Of a stretch of DNA of 64,000 bases, positions 8,603 through 17,200 are shown piece after piece. Both the position numbers and the translations under genes were made by a program. Numbering within the stretch: the first letter of the stretch is position 1; every line of letters begins with the position of its first letter. The notes beneath the pieces are model-generated. The model made no database searches. It saw only the letters and a list, made by a program, of their open reading frames with translations, and was not told where the DNA came from. The stretch is taken from the NCBI GenBank assembly GCA_965219455.1, contig OZ244744.1:2368001-2432000 (forward strand). The letters run 5' to 3'. Source of the DNA: Candidatus Latescibacterota bacterium. Its GTDB lineage: Bacteria > Latescibacterota > UBA2968 > GCA-2709665.

Positions 8603-10081
8603 TTATTTCAGCAGCAGCATCTTCTGGGACAGGGTGGACGTTCCAGCGTTGATCTTGGCGATGTACACGCCGCTTGCAACGCCGCGTCCCTGGTTATCCC
8701 TTGCGTCCCACTGAACCTGGTATCGACCCGCTGAGTTGAACTGCGAAATCAGATGCCGTACCTGCTGGCCCAGCACGTCGTAGATGACGACCGTAACCGG
8801 CGCGCCCTCGGGGAGTTCGTAGGAAATCGTGGTGCTCGGGTTGAACGGATTCGGATACACGTTGACCGCAAACTCCGTCGGTAACGGCATGCGGGCGCCC
8901 AGGATCACCTCGATCACGTTCGACCGGGAAACCGAACCGTCCAGGTCCACCTGCTCGACCCGATAGTAGACCTTCTCCACGCCGGGCAGGTTTTTGTCTT
9001 CGAACGAGTAATTCAGCAGTTCGTCGGACGTTCCCGCGCCCTGGACGAAGTTTCCGACGGACTCAAAGTTCTCCCCGTCGACGCTGCGCATGATCTGCCA
9101 GCCCGCGTTGTTCGTCTGCGACACCGTGGACCAGTTAAGAACCACCTTTTCTTCCTGCAACGCGCCGTCGAAAGAAGCAAGTTCGGCGGGGTTGAGCTGC
9201 GTGAAGGTAAAGACCTCGGCGTCGGTCTCCACCCCATCCACGTTGGCTTTCACGGTCACCTGGGAGGCACCTGTGAGCACCTGCAGAAGAATTACGGTCG
9301 GCCCCGACAACATCATATGCTCGTCGAGTTCGAGCATATTGCCTTCCTGATCAAAGATGAGCGGCTTGCTGCCCGTATAGGTCACCGTCCACATCACCAC
9401 CGGATCTTCAGATTCGACGTTCTCCAACGTGACGGCCACGCCGACACCACTGCCGTCGACCGGAACCTGAAGCATATTCCCTTCCATCAGATCAGGGCCC
9501 ATGCCCATGACACTGGGGCCCTTCGGCGTGACGAAGGTCACGATGGCCTCGGATACGTCCAGACTATCGCCCTCGGCGGCCTGCAGGCTCTCGCCCACTG
9601 CAAAGGTCGCGGACTTGACGTAAAAGGAAGAACCCTCTTTGATGTCCGCAAGCGCGACAATCTTCACGGTGCCAAAATATCCGTTTTCCAGAAATGCCGT
9701 CGGTGAAACTGTGGCAAGCGTAAACTCTGAGTCCTTCATCCCGAGCGGGGCAATAATAGCGTCGACGGCGACGATCTTCCAACTCTCATTGAACATCATC
9801 TCCATATTGCTATCGGCAAACTTGAGTTCGGCGCCAATCGTCTTGACTCCTCCGGCGTCTTCAACAAACATCTGAACCTTCACGGTATCGCCGGCAGCCA
9901 CGGGCGCGAGCGTATTGACGCTATCGTTCACCGCATCCGCGGGACTGTCCGCCATTTCCAATGCGGTATCTACCATCAGCTTCTTTCCGACCAGCGCCCC
10001 GGCCTCGGCGCTTCCGATGGTACCGACAATAAAAAAAATACAGACCGCAATAGGACCCAAAATCGGTTTGACTCTGTACAT
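8603..10081 (-). CDS. Secreted surface protein A' (cohesin-like domain, one Ig-like repeat, FlgD/T9SS-type-A-like C-terminus)
   Basis: Signal peptide, PAELASF, YPNPFNPSTTISYELP...GRGVASGVYIA..QKMLLLK. Short paralog of 10648-14112. Confidence 0.9.
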   Translation of the reverse strand: MYRVKPILGPIAVCIFFIVGTIGSAEAGALVGKKLMVDTALEMADSPADAVNDSVNTLAPVAAGDTVKVQMFVEDAGGVKTIGAELKFADSNMEMMFNESWKIVAVDAIIAPLGMKDSEFTLATVSPTAFLENGYFGTVKIVALADIKEGSSFYVKSATFAVGESLQAAEGDSLDVSEAIVTFVTPKGPSVMGMGPDLMEGNMLQVPVDGSGVGVAVTLENVESEDPVVMWTVTYTGSKPLIFDQEGNMLELDEHMMLSGPTVILLQVLTGASQVTVKANVDGVETDAEVFTFTQLNPAELASFDGALQEEKVVLNWSTVSQTNNAGWQIMRSVDGENFESVGNFVQGAGTSDELLNYSFEDKNLPGVEKVYYRVEQVDLDGSVSRSNVIEVILGARMPLPTEFAVNVYPNPFNPSTTISYELPEGAPVTVVIYDVLGQQVRHLISQFNSAGRYQVQWDARDNQGRGVASGVYIAKINAGTSTLSQKMLLLK

Positions 10082-10200
10082 CGGGATTCTCCTTCTCTCG
10101 GTGTGGGTTTCGCTCCAGAATCTTGAATAAATGCTCGCTCCAAAAGGTTTACGCTAAATAGGTATGGGAGGGCCCGAATCGGACCATCCCATACGCCAGT

Positions 10201-10613
10201 TTACTTCAGCAACATCAACCGTTTAGCATCCTGGAACTTACCGGCAACCGAGACCTGATAGAAGTAAATTCCACTTGAAACCGATACGCCGCGGTCGTCC
10301 ATTCCAGTCCACTGCACTTTGTAGCGACCGGCGGGGCTGGCGCTCACGTACCAGCGTGCGCACTTCCTGGCCCAGCAGGTTGTAGATCCGGAGAACCACG
10401 TCGCCGCTTTCAGCCAGGTCGTACGGTATGTTGGTTTGTGGGTTGAACGGGTTCGGGAAGTTCTGATGCAGCGCGAACTCGGTAGGCGTGCTCTGCACGT
10501 CCAGCGCGCCGAGTGACACCACCGGGTTCTGCAACTGATCGGCATCGAACACCACGCCCTGTGCGATCTCAAACCTAGCATTGTCTGCAAACTCCCTCAG
10601 AACCTTGAACGTG
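10201..10613 (-). pseudogene. Truncated, frameshifted 3' fragment (B') of the large surface protein
   Basis: About 90% identical by eye to 14232-14643. It has no start codon and carries a +1 G near 10333. Confidence 0.9.
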
Positions 10614-10647
10614 GCGGTTTACCATATATACCTCTATGCCGCCGCTA

Positions 10648-13600
10648 TTACTTCAGCAGCAGCATTTTCTGGGACAGAGTAGAGGTCCCGGCGTCGATCC
10701 TGGCGATGTACACGCCGCTTGCAACGCCGCGTCCCTGGTTATCCCTGGCATCCCACTTAACCTGGTACCGACCCGCCGAGTTGAACTGCGAAATCAGATG
10801 CCGTACCTGCTGCCCCACCACATCGTAGATGACGACCGTAACCGGCGCGCCCTCTGGGAGTTCGTAGGAAATCGTGGTGCTCGGGTTGAACGGATTCGGA
10901 TACACGTTGACCGCAAACTCCGTCGGTAACGGCATGCGGGCGCCCAGAATCACCTCGATCACGTTCGACCGGGACACCGAACCATCCAGGTCCACCTGCT
11001 CGAGCCGGTAGTAGACCTTCTCCACGCCGGGCAGGTTCTTGTCTTCGAACGAGTAATTCTGCAGCGCGTCGGAGGTTCCCGCGCCCTGTACGAAGTCGCC
11101 GATGGCCTCGAAGTTTTCCCCGTCGAGGCTGCGCGTGATCTGCCAGCCCGCGTTGTTCGTCTGCGACACCGTGGACCAGTTCAGGACCACTTTCTCTTCC
11201 TGCAACGCCCCGTCGAAAGAAGCAAGTTCGGCGGGGTTGAGCTGCGTGAAGGTAAAGACCACGGCGTCGGTCTCCACCCCATCCACGTTGGCTTTCACGG
11301 TCACCTGGGAGGCACCCGTGAGCACCTGCAGAAGAATTACGGTCGGCCCCGACAACATCATATGCTCGTCGAGTTCAAGCATATTAAGTTCCTGATCAAA
11401 GATGAGCGGCTTGCTGCCCGTATAGGTCACGGTCCACAACACCGCCGGCTCTTCAGATTCGACGTTCTGCAACGTCACGGCCACGCCGGCGCCGCTGCCG
11501 TCGGCCGGTACCTGAAGCATATTACCTTCCAACAGATCGGGGCCCATGCCGACCACGACAATGGTAGAGACCTCGTCGAACGTAAACACCGCCGGCTTGG
11601 ACTCCAGGCCGCCCACGCTGGCCTTAACCGTCACCGTAAGGTCGCCGCCGGTAACCATCAGCGTGAGTGAAGTTGGCCCCTCGGACAACATCATCTGTTC
11701 GTCCAGATCAAGCGTGTTGCCATCCGCATCCATGATGACCAGCGTTCCGTCACCCTCCGTGGAAATCGTCCAGGAAGCGACGGAATCCCCCTCGGCCACG
11801 TTTTCCAGCCCAATGTTGACTGAGACGCTGTCGCCACGGCCCATCTCGACCATGTTTCCTTCCATCAACGCATCGCCCGAGCCAACCACTGCGGGGAGAA
11901 CAATCTGCGTGAACGTGAAACTCACGGGCTCCGTCTCCTCGCCGTTTACGTTGGCCTTAACGGTCACCTCAAGGTCTCCGCCGGATACCTTCAACTTCAG
12001 TGACGCTGGCCCGGATACCATCATATTCTCGTCCGGCTCCAGCACATTGCCTTCCATATCCAATACGACCAGCGTTCCGGTACCTACCGAGGTTATCGTC
12101 CACCTGATGCTCGGCTCTTCGGCTTCTACGTTTTTCAACCCAACGTCGAGTTCAACGGCATCGCTAGCGGGAATCTGAAGCATGTTCCCTTCCATCAGCG
12201 CATCGCCCATGCCAACCACGACAATGGCCAAAACCTGGTCGAACGTAAACACCGCCGGCTTAGACTCGAGGCCACCGACGCTTGCTTTAATCGTCACCGT
12301 AAGGTCGCCGCCGGTAACCAACAACGTCAGTGAAGTCGGCCCCTCGGACAACATCATCTGTTCGTCCAGATCAAGCGTGTTGCCATCCGCATCCATGATG
12401 ACCAGCGTTCCGTCACCCTCCGTGGAAATCGTCCAGGAAGCGACGGAATCGCCCTCGGCCAGGTTCTGCAGTTCGATGTTGACCGAGACGCTATCGCCAG
12501 GGCCTATCTCGACCATGTTCCCTTCCATCAACGAATCGCCCGAGCCAACCACTGCAGGGAGAACAATCTGCGTGAACGTAAACGTCACGGGCTCTGACTC
12601 GACGCCATTCACATTGGCCTTGACAGTCACCTCAAGGTCTCCGCCGGATACCTTCAACGTCAGCGACGCCGGACCGGAAACCATCATATGTACGTCCGGC
12701 TCCAGCATATTGCCTTCCATATCCTCTATCACCAGCGTTCCAGCGCCTGCCGAGGTTACCGTCCACCTGACGTTTGGATCTTCGGCGTCTACGTTCTCCA
12801 AACCAAGTTGGACCGCCACGCTGCTATCCGGTGGAATGTCGAGCATGTTCCCTTCCATCAGCGCGTCGCCGCTGCCAACTACGATCGGGCTCTCGATGGG
12901 CGGAAGCTGTGTGAACGTAAACACCGCGGGCACTGCGTCCCTACCGTCTACGTTGGCCTTGACCGTTACCTTGAGATCGCCACCGGTCACCTTCAAACTC
13001 AGCGAAGTCGGCCCGGACAACATCATCTGATCGTCCAGATCCAGCATGTTGCCTTCCATATCCACAATGAGCAGCGTTCCGTCGCCCTCCGTGGAAATTG
13101 TCCAGGAAACGCCTGGATCTTCGCCCATCATGTTCTGCAAAGAGACATTGACGGCGACGGTGTCGCCGGGTGGAACATCCAACATGTTCCCTTCCATCAG
13201 CGCGTCGCCGCTGCCAACTACGAGCGGAAGCTGTGTGAACGTAAACACCGCGGGCACCGCGTCCCTACCGTCTACGTTGGCCTTGACCGTTACCTTGAGA
13301 TCGCCACCGGTCACCTTCAAACTCAGCGAAGTCGGCCCGGACAACATCATCTGATCGTCCAGATCCAGCATGTTGCCTTCCATATCCACAATGAGCAGCG
13401 TTCCGTCGCCCTCCGTGGAAATTGTCCAGGAAACGCCTGGATCTTCGCCCATCATGTTCTGCAAAGAGACATTGACGGCGACGGTGTCGCCGGGTGGAAC
13501 ATCCAACATGTTCCCTTCCGTCAGCGCGTCGCCGGCGCCAATCACGTTAATGGGCGTATAAAAGCTCACCCTGGCCGCCGAGGTGTCAAGACTGTCCAAC

Positions 13601-14112
13601 CCCGCCCCGGTTCCAATATCGGCTTTGCTGACATAGAAATATGCCCCTTCGCCGATATCGGTCTGCGCAACCACTTCCACAGTTCCGATATAACCATTTG
13701 CCGGAACCTCCGCGCCCACCACCCCTGGGGCAAAATAAGTCAGTGTTAGGACATCCGGCCCCACGGCAAGCGGAACGTTAAATATCCCGTCAAATCCGAC
13801 TATCTTCCAGCTGTCCGTAAACATAGCCTCCATATTGCTATCAGCAAATTTGGCGTCGAATCCCACGGCTACGACGCCACCGGCGTCTTCGACAAACAAC
13901 TGGACCTTTATGGTGTCCCCGGCAGCCGCGGGCGGAAGCGTATTCACACTATCGTTCACCGCATCCGCGGGACTGTCCGCCATTTCCAATGCGGTATCTA
14001 CCATCAGCTTCTTTCCGACCAGCGCTCCGGCCTCGGCGCTTCCGATGGTACCCATAACAAAAAAAAGGCAGACCGCAATAGGAACCAAAATCGGTTTGAC
14101 TCTATACATCAC
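10648..14112 (-). CDS. Secreted surface protein A (cohesin-like tip, seven ~110-aa Met-rich Ig-like repeats, FlgD/T9SS-type-A-like C-terminus)
   Basis: 1154 aa with seven repeats (VVG.GDALMEGNML...VTVKANV.G....FTF). Repeats 1 and 2 are near-identical with a 324-bp period. AGGAG SD. Confidence 0.92.
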   Translation of the reverse strand: MMYRVKPILVPIAVCLFFVMGTIGSAEAGALVGKKLMVDTALEMADSPADAVNDSVNTLPPAAAGDTIKVQLFVEDAGGVVAVGFDAKFADSNMEAMFTDSWKIVGFDGIFNVPLAVGPDVLTLTYFAPGVVGAEVPANGYIGTVEVVAQTDIGEGAYFYVSKADIGTGAGLDSLDTSAARVSFYTPINVIGAGDALTEGNMLDVPPGDTVAVNVSLQNMMGEDPGVSWTISTEGDGTLLIVDMEGNMLDLDDQMMLSGPTSLSLKVTGGDLKVTVKANVDGRDAVPAVFTFTQLPLVVGSGDALMEGNMLDVPPGDTVAVNVSLQNMMGEDPGVSWTISTEGDGTLLIVDMEGNMLDLDDQMMLSGPTSLSLKVTGGDLKVTVKANVDGRDAVPAVFTFTQLPPIESPIVVGSGDALMEGNMLDIPPDSSVAVQLGLENVDAEDPNVRWTVTSAGAGTLVIEDMEGNMLEPDVHMMVSGPASLTLKVSGGDLEVTVKANVNGVESEPVTFTFTQIVLPAVVGSGDSLMEGNMVEIGPGDSVSVNIELQNLAEGDSVASWTISTEGDGTLVIMDADGNTLDLDEQMMLSEGPTSLTLLVTGGDLTVTIKASVGGLESKPAVFTFDQVLAIVVVGMGDALMEGNMLQIPASDAVELDVGLKNVEAEEPSIRWTITSVGTGTLVVLDMEGNVLEPDENMMVSGPASLKLKVSGGDLEVTVKANVNGEETEPVSFTFTQIVLPAVVGSGDALMEGNMVEMGRGDSVSVNIGLENVAEGDSVASWTISTEGDGTLVIMDADGNTLDLDEQMMLSEGPTSLTLMVTGGDLTVTVKASVGGLESKPAVFTFDEVSTIVVVGMGPDLLEGNMLQVPADGSGAGVAVTLQNVESEEPAVLWTVTYTGSKPLIFDQELNMLELDEHMMLSGPTVILLQVLTGASQVTVKANVDGVETDAVVFTFTQLNPAELASFDGALQEEKVVLNWSTVSQTNNAGWQITRSLDGENFEAIGDFVQGAGTSDALQNYSFEDKNLPGVEKVYYRLEQVDLDGSVSRSNVIEVILGARMPLPTEFAVNVYPNPFNPSTTISYELPEGAPVTVVIYDVVGQQVRHLISQFNSAGRYQVKWDARDNQGRGVASGVYIARIDAGTSTLSQKMLLLK

Positions 14113-14192
14113 GCTTCTCCTTCTCTCGGTGTGGGTTTCGCTCCAGAATCCTGAATAAATGCTCGCTCCAAAAGGTTTACGCTAAATAGCAG

Positions 14193-14225
14193 GTATGGGA
14201 GGGCCCGAATCGGACCCTCCCATAC
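14193..14225 (-). promoter_or_regulatory. Intergenic stem-loop just after the stop of gene B (no U-tract); second copy at 10162-10194
   Basis: GTATGGGAGGG...CCCTCCCATAC. Confidence 0.6.
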
Positions 14226-14231
14226 GCCAGT

Positions 14232-17200
14232 TTACTTCAGCAACATCAACCGTTTGGCATCCTGGAACTTACCGGCAACTGAGACCTGATAGAAGTAAAT
14301 TCCGCTCGAAACCGATACGCCGCGGTCGTCCATTCCAGCCCACTGCACTTTGTAACGACCGGCGGGCTGGCGCTCACTCACCAACGTGCGCACCTCCTGG
14401 CCCAGCAGGTTGTAGATCCGGAGAACCACGTCGCCGCTTTCCGCCAGGTCGTACGGAATGTTGGTTTGAGGGTTGAAGGGGTTCGGGAAGTTCTGGTGCA
14501 GCGCGAACTCTGAGGGGGTGCTCTGGACGTCCAGCGCACCAAGTGAAACCACCGGGTTCGACAGCTGGCTGGGATCGAAGACCACGCCCTGAGCGATCTC
14601 GAACCTGGCGTTGTCTGCAAACTCCCTCAGAACCTTGAACGTGAAGGTCACAAGCGCACCCTCGCCGCTCACGGAACCCGCGTCGACTATGGCGTTGACC
14701 ACCGCGACCCGGCCATCTTCCGGCCAGTTCTTGAATAATGGTGTGTCGCCGCCCTGAGACTTCAGCAAATCGTTATCGGCGGGTACGGCGCTGACGAATT
14801 CGAACTTGTCGGCGTCATACGTCAACTCGAAACCGAAGCCCATCAACTGTTCGGCATTGGCCAAGGAAACCGTTACCGAGATCTCCTCACCCACCAGCAC
14901 ACGGTCGCTGGTCAGCTCCATATTCAACTCGGTATCGGGGTTCACACCCGGCCGCTGCGGCGCAATAGCGATCTTGCTGCCCGCGGCAAGCACGGCAGTA
15001 CGGCCGTAGGACATTGCCGCGATCACAAAGTCCGCGAAATCGATCACGCCGTCATTATCGACGTCTGCCTGCGGGTTAAAGTTACTCTGGCCCCTCTGAG
15101 AGTTGAAGGCCGCAGCAAAGGCGACGAAATCTTCGAAGTCAACCGTCAGGTTTCCGCCCTGGAAAGGCAGCCTGATGAGATAGACCGGCTCGCCCTCGGC
15201 GTTGGTGAAGGGAAGCCGTTTCGCCAGGTTAACCGCAACTATCTGGCCCGGCGACGTGTTTTCGCCGTCGAACGCATCGATACGATAAACGAGAGCGCCG
15301 ACGACTTCCGGTAGATTCTTGTCTACGAATTGCGCCGAACCCGGTTCGAGGGTGGTAAGCTCCTCTAACTCTTCGGCAGAGGCGCCCCGCATCACCTTAT
15401 AGTCCTTTACGCCCATGATCGGGATGCTATGCCCACGGTAGGGAATAAAGCCAACGATACCCTCATCCACCGAACCCTTCCAGGTGAGGGAGGTTCGCAG
15501 CGCCGCATTGCCATCCGCCGACACGACGACCGGCATACCGGCGCTTTCCGTTACCTCGGCAGGCGCAATGTTGTCAACCGCCCTTACCGGCGCCTTAGTG
15601 GTTGTGAGTGCAGACATGAGCTGTCCGTGCGCGCTCGTCCGGATGTTGGCCGGAACCGAGGCGTCGCCCATCAACACGCTCACGTCGGGATTTACGGGCA
15701 GGAAGACCAGATCCTTCTGGTCGCCGATGATGGACTGGACATAGTCCTCGGGCGCGTTGAACTGGTTCATCAACTCATCGTTCGTCAACACGGCCTCGGG
15801 CGCCATACCCAGCAACTCAAGGGTCTGCTGCACGCTCTCCTTCGTGAACGTACGTTTGCCGAGCGCTGAAGTTCTGACAGAAGAGCCAGCGGCGCCAACC
15901 GCCGCCACCGCCCAATTGGTGGACACGTTGTCCAGCGCAGGAACCACGGCGCGCTGAATCTCAGCGACTATGGTTCTATCCGGGCTGAGGTCTGCCCACG
16001 GCACCCACGCCAACTTCGGCTCTTCCAGCAACATCAGTTTGCCGTCCTCATCCAGACCGGTGCTAACCATTAGTTGCCTGAAGAGCTTATAGACGTCTAC
16101 GCTGGCGTGATCCGGTGAATTATTGAAGCTCACCAGCACCATGCCGCCCTGGTCGCCATCGCCCCTCGGCCCCATGTAATCTTCAACGATCAACACCGAG
16201 TCGGGCGCAGCAGGCGCGCCAGGAGCCGGAGGAGGAGGCTCGGTACCGAATGTCAACGTGTCGGTTCCGGTTGCCGTTCCGGCGGTCATTCCCTCCAGTC
16301 CCACATTGACCACTCTTATCACAACCTCGCCCGATGACTCGGATGCCATCCCGGGGAAGGTTTTCTGGCCATTTTGGATATCCTGCGGGCCCTGGGGCAC
16401 ACGAACCTGGATGTTGTCAGACGTAAGTTGGATAGCCATGGTCAGGTATTTGTCATCTTCAGGCTTTTCGATTTTCGAGTCGATCTTGTCGGCCTTCTTC
16501 GTGCTCGTGTTGCCGAACTTGTCCGTGGCAGTCACGGAGATTTCGAAATCACCGATGACATGTTGCGTTGGCTCGCCGTCTTCCATCGCCTGGACGGTGA
16601 ACTCGGAGAACGCGCCCGTGTCGAAACTGAAACCCTTCAGCGTCGTCGTGAATGACGCATTCTCCTGAGCGTCGATATCTTCCACTACGATCGTGACATT
16701 CTTGAGCTCCTTCTCAGACGTGATACTGATGCTGCGCTCACCGGCTTCCCAGTCTTCGGGTTGAAGCGTGGCGATACCCTGTAAGGAATCCCCAGCGGCG
16801 ACAGAAACGCCGGTTCCTTCGAACGTGACGGTTGTCAGATCCTGTCCGTCGGCCAACACCTTCAGCCGCGACATCTCGTTTTTCTGTCCGTAAGTGACTC
16901 CCCGGACATCCTCGTCCGCAGCACGCGTGGCCTTCGAATCGAGCGCCGTGATTTTGAACTCCAATGGTGTACCGACAATAACCGATTTCTGATCGTCGAC
17001 GACCGTAGCCACCATAAACGAGTCGGCAGTCGGGTTATCGAACTCGTCTTTGAACGTCAATGTGTCGGTAATCTTCGCACCAACATTACCAGCTTTGTCG
17101 AACGCGAGAATTTGCAGATAATATTCCGCTCCGTCATCGAGCGAATCGTCGATGGCAGCAACCCGGACACGTCCCTTGCTGAGTTCCTCTCTGTTCCCGC

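Noticed and set aside
10201-10613. DGR template repeat for the B/C C-termini
   Set aside because: Mismatches are mostly synonymous and not adenine-specific, and there is no reverse transcriptase in the window.
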